Of a stretch of 64,000 nt of DNA, positions 1-12,639 are shown piece by piece (the stretch's first letter is position 1; the number at the start of each line of letters is the position of its first letter). The stretch is taken from assembly GCF_009914755.1 (NCBI RefSeq), contig NC_060927.1; one strand, given 5' to 3'. A model generated the notes under the pieces. The model was not told the DNA's origin. It worked only from the letters and a program-made list of their open reading frames with translations, and made no database searches. This stretch comes from the human T2T-CHM13v2.0 reference genome, Homo sapiens. The translations under genes and the position numbers were made by a program.

Positions 1-76
1 AGAATTGATAAGATAAAGTAGAAAGATGAGCAGAATTTTCAGATTGGGTTTGGAAAGAGCACTTAAGAAAGAGGGT

Positions 77-382
77 GGCCAGGTGGTGGCTCACACCTGT
101 AATCCCAGGACTTTGTGAGGCCGAAGTGGGCAGATCACTTGAGCTCAGGAGTTTGAGACCAGCCTGGTCAACATGGCAAAACCCCATCTCAAAAAAAAAC
201 AAAAAAATACAAAAACTAGCTGGCGTGTTGGTGCCCACCTGCAGTCCTAGCTACTCGGGAGGCTGAGTTGGTAGGATCACTTGAGCTAGGGAAGTTGAGG
301 CTACAGTGTGCTGTGATCCTGTCACTGCACTCCAGTCTGGATGACAGAGCAAGACCTTGTCTCAAAAAATAAATAAATAAAA
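77..382 (+). mobile_element. Alu, AluJ-type, full length
   Basis: Dimeric Alu with A-rich tail; perfect 14-bp TSD TTAAGAAAGAGGGT at 63-76 and 383-396. Confidence 0.95.
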
Positions 383-929
383 TTAAGAAAGAGGGTATAG
401 TATGTACAATGGCCATGGGCTTATGAGGAAAAATGGCAAGTTTGGAGAATGCCAAAGGTATGAGTGGACGCTAGGGGTATGGGAAGGTGGCAATAGGGCC
501 TTCATTTACACAGTTTCATAGACTAGAATGTGAATGTTATCCCCAGAGTTGGACCACCAACAAGCAGTGACTGTGATTGTTGCATCATGGCTTTGTGCAA
601 AGTAGCATCTCTAGCGAATGGGACAAATTGGGGAATATGAGGGAATTGGGAGATATTCTTTATGCTGTAGAAAGCCACTGCAAGATTTATATGACAAGGT
701 ATACAGTGCTGATCTGCTGACCAATATATTTTCTGGCATCATTCCGTGTTTCTCTCTTGTGAGTGAGGTGCATTCCTTTGCTAATAACATTTGCTGTCCT
801 CAGACATTATTAAAGGAAATTTAATGCTGTTTGACAACATTTCAAGTAGTAGCCATTGATATTGTCATGGACATTTATTGTTAATCACAGGAACAAGTTT
901 CCTTTTCTAACAGCAAAATCTCTTCCACT

Positions 930-1335
930 GTTTGCAGTCTTGTGTGATGATGAAACCTCAGCCCACCCTCCTAATAGGCAGTGGACCATGAGGCCTCTCT
1001 GATGAGCCTTCAGCCAGGCTCTTCTCCTTGCTCCAGTACATCATGCAGGCATGTGACCTAAGTTGCAATGATCAGACCCTCTCCTCATACGTAGAATCTT
1101 GGGCTTAGTAACATAAGGATGAAGAAATGGTTAGTAGATGTATGCTTTTTACTGTGTCAGTGTCCTGGCCCCACTGAACATGGTGTGTGGTCCAATATTA
1201 ATGGTATCTCTACTGGGGGTTTTGGAGCTGCTTTGTCCTCTAGTTCTTCCTTCTATTCCATGCGCTCTCCATATCCTTTTGATAGTCTCCTTTTCCCAAA
1301 GTTGGTTATTCTTTCTTGGAACCAAGGAACTATAA
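930..1335 (+). mobile_element. Ancient MaLR LTR (MLT1J/K-like), degenerate
   Basis: 3' end resembles the MLT1 terminus (…TTCTTTCTTGGAACCAAGGAACT); boundaries approximate. Confidence 0.35.
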
Positions 1336-2299
1336 AGAGAAATGGAGGTTCTTCCAGGTAACCCTGTTTATCCTCTTAGCTTTCTGTTAGGGACATCCAC
1401 AGCACGAGACACACAAGTTAGCTTTTCAGGGTGCCTCTTGAGGCCTGTCCAGGAATTTGGAAAATTCATCCTCTTAAACAGCCCATGGCATTTTCCACAG
1501 TTTATGGTAAGTACTCTTATCTCAGTATTCTGCAGAATGCAGAAAGGTACCTTGTAAACTTGGGGTATAAATCTCTCTATTGGTTTTCAAGTTGTGGTGT
1601 ATAGCTTTATTCAAAGGGAATTCTAACATTTCATACAACCGCAGCTGCCATGTTATTTCTTTTAAAAGCTTGTGCCTTCTCTGAATAATTCATATTGTCC
1701 AGTGCCTTCAGATTGTTTCATAAGATCAACACCTAAAAAGTCCTTTCTTGTTCTAGCTAATACTTAAAGACTCTTTTGCAAATGTGTTTCTAGAAATTGT
1801 TATCACAGTTAGGGTGGGCATTTAGCTTTTTGTGCCTAGCCTGTAAACTTGGTCTTATTAACTTTGGGAACCATGAGTCTTGGTATTTATGCAGTGAGAC
1901 TTAAATCTTTCTCGAAGGTGCTTTATAGTAACCTGCATGTAAAGCCTCTAACTTGGGCCTGGCACTCATCATTGGGTTGGACCCCAATCCTGATGATCTT
2001 CAAATCCTCTTTCATACATAGCCATCACCACTAAAGTCTTATTCAGCTAATGTTAGAAACAAAGCATTGCAGGAGGCCTCATATCTAGTAAATGCACTTT
2101 CATACCCAGTTTACTGTTATCCTCCATAATTAACGTGAGGCATAACAGAAAATAATCATAGACCAGGCATACATCTCAAAGCTTAGACATGTTATGAATG
2201 TCACTCCACATACCAGCTCCAATACATCATTCCTGTCCTCAGCTTGGAAGTGGAGGAGGGGAGACGTGTTTATGGGACTAAATATAAACTCTGTGGGGT

Positions 2300-2470
2300 A
2301 ATTGCTACAAAATGTCATCCTCAGAAACACCTGGGAGCTTTGGAAGAAAATAAAATTTCACAGCCCCACGCTAGGTAATACCGAATCAGAGTCTCTGGGA
2401 ATGAGTTTTAGGAAACTGTAGTTGAATAGGCTCCCCATGTGATTCTGATGTTCAGCCAGGTTTGAGCGCT
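2300..2470. mobile_element. MER5-family hAT MITE
   Basis: CACCTGGGAGCTT…GAATCAGAGTCTCTGGG…GTGATTCTGATG…CCAGGTTTGAG. Confidence 0.6.
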
Positions 2471-2474
2471 AAAG

Positions 2475-2700
2475 CATGTTCTGTGGAACACTAATTCTTC
2501 TAGGTAGATATAAATAGGATTCCCTTTAAAAGTGTTCTTAACAAAAACTGAGGAAATTCAGGATTTTAAACAGGTTTTCTAACACGAGAATTTTTCAGAA
2601 TCTTTATGTGCATTGTGAAATGCATGTTTCTGACTATGGAACAATCTTGCTTCTCTATCCCCCCTGCCAACTCCCTACCCAACACAAAGACTCTTTACTA
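2475..2700. mobile_element. hAT-Charlie-like DNA transposon fragment
   Basis: TGTTCTGTGGAACAC…AAACAGGTTTTC…CAGAATCTTTATGTGCATTGTGAA resembles a Charlie-type consensus. Confidence 0.35.
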
Positions 2701-2784
2701 AACATCTAATGTTGCAGATTTCAGCCCTGGCTCCTCCTTAGAATAATCCGGTTAATCGATCGATCTGGGGTTGGGGGTGGGTTC

Positions 2785-3635
2785 TGTGTGGGAGAAACAA
2801 ACTCAAAGTGTGTTTTCTATTCTCTCACTCAAAAACAATCAATAGAGAAGATTTTTGTGACCAAATTTGTGGGGGAATCACCCACACATCAAGCAAGCAA
2901 TCAGTTTTCCAGCAGACACTAACTCAGCGTCCTCTAATTCAGTTCAGTACTGACACTCTCTACTTAGAGATAGTCTCAGATCACAGAGGTTGAGGGCTCA
3001 GTCCCACAAGACTGTCCCCTACTCCCAATGCCACAGGCAAGCCTCTGGTTGCCTGTTTTAATGGCATTTCTAAAACAGACCAGCTATAAATTGGTGTTCC
3101 CGCAACCTCCTCCTTGGGTTCAGTTAATTTGCTAGAGCTTCTCACAGAGCTCAGGGAAACACGTTTACTGGTTTATTATAAAGGATGTTACAAAGGATAC
3201 AGATGAAGAGATTCAGAGGGTGAGGTATTGGGGAAAGGCCCCACACTGGGCCTTTCATGCCCTTTCTGGGCACACTACCCTCCAGGAACCTTTTGTGTTA
3301 AGCTGTCTGGAAGTGCATCTGAACGCTGTCCTTCTGCATTTTTCTGGGAGCTTCATTAGGTAGGCATGATTGATCAAAGTATTGGCCATTGGTGATCAAC
3401 CTCACCCTCAGTCCCTCTTTCCTTCCAGGAGGTTGGGGGAGGGGGCTGAAAGTCCCAACCCTCTAATTATATCTTGGTCTTTATGGTGACCAGCCCCCAT
3501 CCTGAAGCTACCCAGTAGCTGCCAGCCATTCATCCGCTAATTAGCATACAAAAGATTTTCCTTTGGAGGTCCCAAGGATTTTAGGAGTTTTATGTCAGGA
3601 AATGGGGTGTAGGACAAATACATATATTTTACCAC
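2785..3635 (-). mobile_element. MER21-family LTR, apparently inserted into a MER5-like element (2720-2784 / 3640-3710)
   Basis: GAGGGCTCAGTCCCACAAGACTG, GGCTGAAAGTCCCAACCCTCTAAT, GGTGACCAGCCCCCATCCTGAAGCTA motifs. Confidence 0.7.
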
Positions 3636-3965
3636 TTCATGGGCTAATGGAATATTTTAAAATTTCCCGGGATATTTTATTAGACACGCAGGGTTTAGGA
3701 CCACAGATGCGATGTAATGTTCTTTGGAAGACATTCTGGATGATTTATTTATTTAACAATGTGTCCCACATCACCCAGATTTTTTAGTTTCACATCTGTC
3801 AGGTGGTTTTACTCAACTTACATATGTATCATCCTATGTTTAGAGCTTGTTTTTAAATATCTTTTTTTCTGATTATAATAAAAACTTTTTCTTAGAAAAA
3901 ACACCCCAGCTATTACAGACACTCTTAGATAAAAATGCATTGGTTGTCTAAGTGAATTTTAATCA

Positions 3966-4213
3966 TAATGAGTAATATTAATTGAACATTTATAATGTAC
4001 CAAGGAAGTCACTAAATGTTTTTATTATATTATCTCATTTAAACCTATAATAATCCTGTGAGCTAGATGCTGTGATGACCCCTGGGTCCTAAATGAGAAA
4101 ACTGAGAATCAGAAAGAGTAAGTAATTTGTCTCAGGTCATGCAGCTAATAAATGGCAATACTGATATCATATCAGATCCCAGGTATACCTGATTGTGAGC
4201 TAAAGCTCTTAAC
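3966..4213 (-). mobile_element. MIR SINE
   Basis: Reverse-complement MIR core ATGAGAAAACTGAGAATCAGAAAGAGTAAGTAATTTGTCTCAGGTCA. Confidence 0.8.
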
Positions 4214-4853
4214 CAATTTGGAATCCTGGTTAAGACAGAGGCTTTTATGTTTAGTGATCAGTGTATGCTTAAAACCCCTTAGTATGTACATGTTACTTTG
4301 TGAAGCACATTTTATTGCAAGGAAGTTGAATCTTCATAAATGACAGGGGTTTAGGAAAGTATTCCAAATGTTAAGAACCATTTTAAAATGGGAAGATTTT
4401 CAACCAAATATTTGCATATGAATGTAAACAGAATTTTTGTAGTTATAGTAGATTGGTAATTTGTGCATGTAAGTTATATATTATTCATTAATCTGAATGT
4501 ATTTGAATATTCCAAATTCACTGTTTACATATATTTTTCCTACCGATAGGCTTCCAAATGTTGCTAAGCTTCCAGAAATATTGAGTTTGATAGATTTTTT
4601 TGGTTCCTCTGGCCAGAAATTTAAACAAAAAGAAAAGAATGATTTGGACTACTGGCAATAAAACTCAGTGAAGGGGATTTATGTACGGGTCTGAATGCAT
4701 GCTTATTAGTCACTCAGAACATGATGTTTCATTTTAAAAGTACATGCCTTTGCATCTTGTTATGACATTTAGAAAAAGTTTTCAGTTGCATGTCTTTCAT
4801 TTTGCCAGAGAAGATAAATTGACTAATATGTAAATGACATTACAGGGTCCAAG

Positions 4854-5269
4854 TGTAATGGTTAATTTTATATGTCAACCAGGCTAGGTCTGGATATTTG
4901 GTCAAACATGTCTGGATGATGCTGTGAAGATATTTTAAAGATGAGATTAACATTTAAATCAGTGGACTTTGAATAAAGCAGATCCATAATGTGGTGGGCC
5001 ACATTCAGTCAGCAGAGGGCCTTCAGAAAAAAACTGATCTCCCAGGAGAAAGAATTCTGCTAGCAGACAGCTTTTGGTCTCTGGCTGTGACATTAACTCT
5101 TCATTGCTTGTCCAGTCTGTTAACCTGCCCTGCAGATTTTGCACTTGCCAACCTCCATAATCACGTAAGCCAATTCCTTGGTGTGTCTCTTTCTTTCTGT
5201 CTCTCTCTCCGTGTATACATCTAGTCCATCCTATTGGTTTTGTTTCTGTGGAGAACCCTGACTACTACA
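4854..5269 (+). mobile_element. MLT2-family (ERVL) solo LTR
   Basis: Termini TGTAATGGTTAATTTTATATGTCAAC…GGAGAACCCTGACTACTACA; TSD CCAAG/CCAAT. Confidence 0.85.
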
Positions 5270-5624
5270 CCAATATTCCTTATTCTCCCTGTATGAGAAA
5301 GTTTCTCTAGCTGTTTTTAGAATAATTTTATTTGGATGTCCTTACCCGCAAAATCAACTGTTAGACTTTTGCAGAATGATTAGTGATGGATCATACCAAA
5401 TACTGCCATCTCCAACACTATTGATGTTTCCCCAGGCATTGGGCAATTTCATAGATGCCATATAGAGTAAATGGGAACACAGAAAGTTCAAAGATGGAAT
5501 TTGTTACTCCCTGGAAATTTGTAGTGGTAAAGGTTTCCAGGTGTGGCTTTTGTCTTCCAGTCCAAGTAGGATAATTTAGAGAAATGGGAAAATAATCTCT
5601 TTCTAGAATCCACTTCATTTTTCC

Positions 5625-5995
5625 ATTTAACCTACAGGTATCAAGTGCTACTAAGCCGTAGGACCAAGCTAGATCCTATGGGTAGAAAAGAAAAGAAGTG
5701 GATATGGAACTTGCCATCATAGAGCTTAGGGTTTGGTAGGGGTTACCCAAAAAGAGTTAAACAATTAATAATTTAAAAAATTATAAACTGTATAGGGGCT
5801 CTGAAGGAGAAAAGGAAAGTGCTGAGATAGTGCATAATGTGGGCAGGATCTAGTGTAGGTGGCAGAGTCAAGAAAGGCTTCTTGGTAAATGTGAATTTTG
5901 AGACCCCTAAACTTGAGATGGAGCTAGCCATGCAATAACCAGGGAAGAAAGTTCCAGGCAACGAAGACAGCATGTAAGGGGCAGTAGGTAAGTAA
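5625..5995 (-). mobile_element. L2 LINE 3' fragment
   Basis: GAGTCAAGAAAGGCTTCTTGG…GAAGAAAGTTCCAGGCAACGAAGACAGCATGTAAGG. Confidence 0.6.
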
Positions 5996-6267
5996 GAGCT
6001 TGACTCATAACCTGATTTAAGTTTTAATGTACAAACAATCAAGTTGTCATGGGTCAAGAAAGCCTTAGACTAAGCTGAGTGAAGGGGGCTCTAAATAGAA
6101 TCATATAGGAGAAATAACACTGGGAAAATGAGGATAGTTTAGCTGGATTCTACTTTGAGAGTATGATAAAGGAGAAACATTAGTTTCACACTTTACTAGT
6201 TTTTAAATATGTGTAACTTCCATATTATTTAAACTATAACATGAGGCATATAACTATATATATATAG

Positions 6268-6560
6268 TTTTTTTTTTTTTATGCAGAGTCTCACTCTGTC
6301 GCCGAGGCTGGAATGCAGTGGCATGGTCTCCACGGACTGCGAGCTTGCTTCCTGGGATCAAGCAATTCTCCTGTCTCAGCCTCCCGAGTAGCTGGGATTA
6401 CAGGCGCACACCACTATGCCCAGCTAATTTTTGTATTTTTAGTAGAGAGGAGGGTTCTCCATGTTGATGAGGCTGGTCTTGAACTCCTGACCTTAGGTGA
6501 TCTGCCTGTGTCGGCCTCCCAAAGTGCTGGGATTACAGGCATGAGCTACTGCGCCTGGCT
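6268..6560 (-). mobile_element. Alu, AluS-type
   Basis: Poly(T) followed by a reverse-complement Alu dimer. Confidence 0.95.
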
Positions 6561-6662
6561 GATAAATAATTTTTTAAGTATGCATGTGACTCTCACGAGT
6601 GTGGACTGCTAGCTAAGGCTGGCTCATCAATATTTGTCTAGAGATCTTAAAACAGTGAAATA

Positions 6663-6834
6663 CTAAGTGAATTTTAATCATAATGAGTAATATTAATTGA
6701 ACATTTACAGTGTACCAAGGAAGTCACTAAATGTTTCTATTATCTCAATTAAACCTATAATAATCCTATGAACTAGATACTATGATGGCCTCTGGGTCCT
6801 AGATGAGAAAACTGAGAATCAGAGAGAGTTAGTA
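6663..6834 (+). repeat. Dispersed direct duplicate of 3948-4124 (MIR-containing)
   Basis: Manual alignment: first 45 bp identical; 13 substitutions and one 5-bp gap overall. Confidence 0.95.
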
Positions 6835-6919
6835 TGAGGCTCCTCACACTTTGGGAGGCTTTCTCTACCTCTGAAGCCACTTGAAAGTCTAGACTCATTG
6901 ACTTTGTGAATTTTAATGA

Positions 6920-7030
6920 CTTCCTTCCTCCCTCCCTTCCTTCCCTCCCTCCCTTCTTCCTTCCTTCTCTCCCTCCCTCTCTTCTTTCCTTCTTTTTTCC
7001 CCTTCCTCTCTTTGTTCCTTCCTCCCTCTT
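6920..7030. repeat. CT-rich (TTCC/CCCT)n low-complexity tract
   Basis: Polypyrimidine run seen directly. Confidence 0.9.
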
Positions 7031-7091
7031 ACCAAATGCTAGTACAGCACTGGATATGGTGAATATATCATTTCAGGCATAAGAAATTATA

Positions 7092-7424
<333 letters not shown>

Positions 7425-7754
7425 TTACTATAGAACTTGTGCTGTATTTGGAACCTTTCACTGAAGAATATAAGCAAATGTCAAACCTGTAATTTGTCAG
7501 AGTTTCCATTTCACAATCTGAAGAACTGAAGTGTACAACCTTCACTCTGCATTGTTGAAATGAAGAGAAAGAGTTAAAGGTAATTATCCATATAATTTGA
7601 AAGAAAAAATGTCTCCTTCTGCTCAAGAAGTAGGGTCTGATACCTTGATTAATTTGTACTGGTTACTAATATTTAATTTCCCTGGATAGTGTCTGAACTT
7701 TCCATTTCAGTTTGCCATTGTACCCCCTTTGTATTTTAAAATTATTTTTCTTTA

Positions 7755-8043
<289 letters not shown>

Positions 8044-8119
8044 TTATTTGTCTATGATTGTGCATTTTAATAGTATGAAAGGGTACCTGGTCAAAACTGT
8101 TTGCCTTTTGTCACTTTCT

Positions 8120-8590
8120 GCTAACTCTTTTCCCTAGAGACAATGTTACTATTATTTGTTTATCATTTCAGAGATCTTTATTGTTATATGGGCACATAGA
8201 ACTGATTTTGTCAGTTAAAAAAATCTGAATGCTTACTATAAAAAATGATGGCATGGAATATTTTTCTTCACTTAAAGATGAATCTTAGATGTCAGTCTAC
8301 ATTAATCTATATGTAGCTAACTCTTCCCTGCGAAGAGTATTTATTCCTTTGTACAAAGGCCATAATACTAGAACTTGCTCATAAGAATTTATGTTCTTTA
8401 CAGACTCTTGCTATGATAAACAATATCTTTGTAAACATGTGTGATTATATCTGTAGGATAAATTCCTGAAAGAAGAATTGGAATTTTTTTGGTCAAAAAT
8501 ACTGTATTGTACATTTAAAAACTTTTATAATTATTTCCAGATTGCCCTGCAAAGAAATTATCATAATTTACATTCTCAAAACAAGGTTGT
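8120..8590 (-). mobile_element. Ancient L1 (L1ME-like) 3' fragment
   Basis: TATCTGTAGGATAAATTCCTGAAAGAAGAATTG…CCAGATTGCCCTGCAAAGAAATTAT. Confidence 0.65.
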
Positions 8591-8999
8591 CATAATGTTT
8601 GAGTTGATGCAGTAGCTCCTTAGCAATTAATAGACGTTCATTTTACAATCTGTCAACATTTGCAACTTTCACGAAGCCTCACAAGTGATCGTGTACCCAG
8701 GTAAAACAGCTTATGTTAGACATTCTTGTGCAAGGTTTATGGTTGGCTGTTGTTCTTAATCCTTTCCAGTTATAAGAGCTCATTGAATGTCTCAGTTCAA
8801 GGTTGCCATGTTATATTATGAGACATTGGGTACTGTCGGTGAGACTTGGCATGACTGGACGAGCCATTCTGATCTTTGAATTACACAGCAAGTAGAAGCC
8901 AGGACAGTATGTTCTTGACTTAAGGCATCCTCAGCAAAGTGATAACCTAGCTGATCTTCTGAGAACCCTCAGCCAGACACAGTGGAGTTTATGGTAAAT

Positions 9000-9190
9000 T
9001 ATAGCTCTTGTTGAGCATTGACTATATGCCTAGCACCCTTGCATATGATTTCTAATCTTTACAACAACCCTCCAAAATGGGAATAACTATCCTCACTTTA
9101 CAATTTTGGAAATTTAAGTTCAAAACGGCTGAGTGCATTTCTCAAGGTCAAGGTCACATAACTAATAATTGGCAGAGCTATCTCCCTCTG
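9000..9190 (-). mobile_element. MIR SINE
   Basis: TTGAGCATTGACTATATGCC…CAAGGTCACATAACTAATAATTGGCAGAGCT. Confidence 0.7.
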
Positions 9191-10287
9191 CCTGCTTCCA
9201 GAGGAGTTTTTCCTTTTATTGCATCATTGCAATTGACCATCAGAATCACTTGGCTTTACTAATTTTTTATGCATTAAACAGGTTTTTCTGGTCAGTATCC
9301 AGGCAAATTTAGGCAGTTCTTGTTTGGAAGGGTCCTTTCCTTTGGTTGGTCCAGCTTTTGCACCCCTGTACTTAGAGGGATGCTCAGATGCTCAGATGTC
9401 TTTGCTACTGCTGTGTCCAGCTGTGGTGTATCTTCCCATGCTGACCCTACTCTCATGTTTCTGAACTGACATCTCGCAAGATTAATTGAGATGCTGTAGT
9501 TTTCTAGCGCTACACTGGCTGTAATTAGTCGCTGACATATGATGATTTATTATAGGGGATTCCTTTAGAAATTTACTTTGTGTTTTGGGACTAAGAAATG
9601 ATCGTTAGAGTTTCAGACTTACAGCTCTTGTCCTGCACCACTTAACTGATCAAAACTATGTTTGGGATGACCAGGCAGCTTGACATCATAGCACTGGTCA
9701 TCCTGACTCTCTAAGTAAAACTGAAATGTGTGGCAAATTAAAAGCAGTGAAGATGGTGCATGGCTAAATTAATTCATCTTGATTAGGCCCTGGTGAATTT
9801 TTAAATATATAATCAGATGTGAGAATTTAAGATGTGGGATAGTCAAAGCCAAGAATCCAGGAAGACTTCTAGCAATTCCACAAAGACAAAAAGCAAAGAT
9901 GCCAGAAGACTGTGGCCAGGCTTGCTTGTGGAATGAAAATAAGGGGAAAAAAATCACTTACAATAGATTAACAGTATACCCTGTCAAAGAGTGTGCCAGA
10001 AGTCACGTAAAATTCCCAACCCACTGACAGAGATTTTGGAGAGGTGATGAGAGTGAGGGGAAGGGATTATCTGAAAAATATGAACAAGGCAGTAGTGAGG
10101 AATAAGATGCCAGCATCAACTTCCGCTGTCACTTGTTTTCTCAACGGTTAGCCATGCCACTAAGGTCAACTCAGTATGTTATTAAAATGGGCGGTTTTAG
10201 GTAATGATTACTTTCTTGGCAGATAGAGGATTCTTTTATCTTTGGGGTCATGCATTTTTAAAAGCCTTTGTCTGCATAGATTTATTT

Positions 10288-10290
<3 letters not shown>

Positions 10291-10336
<46 letters not shown>
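10291..10336. repeat. (AC)23 microsatellite
   Basis: Perfect dinucleotide run. Confidence 0.98.
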
Positions 10337-10338
<2 letters not shown>

Positions 10339-10344
10339 CCTTAA

Positions 10345-10650
10345 GCAAGGTATGCTGGCTCACACCTATAATCCCACACTTTGGGAGGCTGAGGCGGGAG
10401 GACCACTTGAGCCCAGGAGTTCAAGACCAGCTGGAGCAACAAAGTGAGCTCCTTGTCTCAACAACAACAATGACAACAACAACAACAACATCTGGGCATG
10501 GTGGTGCATGACTGTGATCCCAGCTACATGGGAGGCTGAGGCAGGAGGTTCCCTTGTGCCAGGAGGTTGAGGCTGCAGTAAGCTATGTTCATGCTACTCT
10601 ACTCCAGCCTGGAAGAGAGAGTGAAAAACAACCAACCAACCAACAAAAAA
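10345..10650 (+). mobile_element. AluJ with (AAC)n linker and (AACC)n tail
   Basis: Diverged Alu dimer; GAGGACCACTTGAGCCCAGGAGTTC. Confidence 0.9.
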
Positions 10651-10651
10651 G

Positions 10652-11190
10652 CAGCTTGATTGAAGTGTAGTTGATGTACAAAAATCTACACAGATTTAAT
10701 GTATACAATTTGCGGATTTTAATATATGCAAAGATGCATGAGACAATCAGTACAATTAAGGTAATAAATATATCTATTATCTCCAGAAGTTTCTTCCTGC
10801 CCCCGCTCCATGTTTTTACTGGTAAGATCACTTGACATCTACTTGCTTGACAGATTTTTAAGTGCATAAAACAGTGTTGTTAACTATAGGCACTATGTCG
10901 TGTAGCAGATCTCTAGCACTTATTCATCTTGCAGAATTGAAATTTTATACCCTTTGTACCCTTGAACAATAACTCTCCATTTTTCCTTCCTCTACAGGCT
11001 CTGGAAGCCACCATTCTACTCTTTGTTTCTATGAGTTTGACTATTTTAGATATCTTATATAAGTAGAATCACCCAGTATTTAACCTTCTGTAACTGCCTT
11101 ATTTCACTTAGCATACTGTCTTCCAGGTACATGTATGTTGTCACATATGGCAGGATTTCCTTCTTTTTCAAGGCTGAGTAATATTCTATT

Positions 11191-11243
<53 letters not shown>

Positions 11244-11400
11244 ACATGCCACGTTTTCTTTATTCATTTATTGATAGATATTTAGGTTGTTTCCATATAT
11301 TGACTACCGTGAATTAAGTAAACTCCAGTGATCATGGGAGTGCAGATATCACTTCTAGATCTAAATCTTTGACATCTTGACTTCAATTCCTTTGGGCACA
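10652..11400 (-). mobile_element. L1MA/L1MB 3' UTR fragment
   Basis: ACCATTCTACTCTTTGTTTCTATGAGTTTGACTATTTTAGAT…TTAGGTTGTTTCCATATATTGACT. Confidence 0.85.
11194..11240. repeat. (TG)23 microsatellite
   Basis: Perfect run inside the L1. Confidence 0.97.
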
Positions 11401-11417
11401 GATTTCTATGAAGATTT

Positions 11418-11729
11418 CTTTTTTCTTTTTCTTTTTCTTTTTTTTTTTTTTGAGACGAGTCTCACACTGGCACCCAGGCTGGAGTTCAGTGGCACCATCT
11501 TGGATCACTGCAAGCTCCGCCTCCTGGGTTCACCCTTTCTACTGCCTCAGCCTCCTGAGTAGCTGGGACTACAGGCGCCTGCCACCATGCCCGGCAAATT
11601 TTCTGTATTTTTAGTAGAGACGGGTTTTACCGTGTTAAGCAGGATGGTCTCGATCTCCTGACCTCGTGATCCGCCCGCCTCAGCCTCCCAAAGTGCTGGG
11701 ATTACAGGTGTGAGCCACAGCACCAGGCC
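11418..11729 (-). mobile_element. AluY (older, diverged)
   Basis: GCAAGCTCCGCC and GGACTACAGG diagnostics; 14-bp TSD TTCTATGAAGATTT at 11404-11417 and 11730-11743. Confidence 0.93.
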
Positions 11730-11767
11730 TTCTATGAAGATTTATAAGTTGCTCAGTTTTTATTTCT

Positions 11768-11768
<1 letters not shown>

Positions 11769-11813
<45 letters not shown>

Positions 11814-11826
11814 TATGTGTGTGTGT
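11769..11826. repeat. Imperfect (TG)n microsatellite
   Basis: Seen directly; two TA interruptions. Confidence 0.95.
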
Positions 11827-12639
11827 TTTAATTTTAAAAACCCTGTCATATTTAGGATATACCTCGTGATGAGTGTGATCAGCACTAATTGTCACTCTGT
11901 TATACTAAAAGCTCTTTCCGTAGTGTGTCTTCATTGCAAGCATCCATTGTGTATGGAATCCTGAATACAGTTATTTGAATGTCTGAGTATTAAACAATTA
12001 ACTGTCTTTACAGAATGTCCTCCGGGGAACATAGTTTTTCCTTAGGGACCCTTGGGATCTCTAACCGCTTAAAATCTAGAAGCTCTTATGTGATAGGATG
12101 GGAAATTAAAAAATAAATCTCTACTATATGTTAGGATGTCCATACTGCATATAGCTCCTTAAGATAATGGACTATGATTCTATCTTGTCTCTGCGCCCAG
12201 TACATGGCACATTTCAGGGTGTCACAGATTTCCTAGGATTAAAATGCTTAGTAAATATATGAATGAATTCTAATTTTAGTTTCTTTATCTGGCACCTTTT
12301 CTTGTACTTTCTGAGCAATAAGAAGTAGGTATCTGGGTTTCTAGTAGATTTATGCCATATAATTAAGAAATATTGATTTAATAATTTTTGTGTCCTGTGA
12401 ACTTTATTTAATCATTAGCTAATAAGATTTATTGAGCATCTTGCAGTTCTGTAGCCCTGTGCTTGATGGTGTTAGCTCCTTAGCACGTAATTGTTTTGAC
12501 TAGAATGGTAATTTAAGGTAATTTGATATACAAAATGGAGTGCTATGTATGGCAAAGTTGAGAGGGGGTGAGGAGAATATAACTTCAAACCTGTTTGAAA
12601 ACTCATCAAGTAATATTTTTCTTACTTTAAATGTGCTTT

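Noticed and set aside
2767-2792. G-quadruplex-like G runs
   Set aside because: The fourth run needs an 8-nt loop and straddles a repeat junction; weak and common
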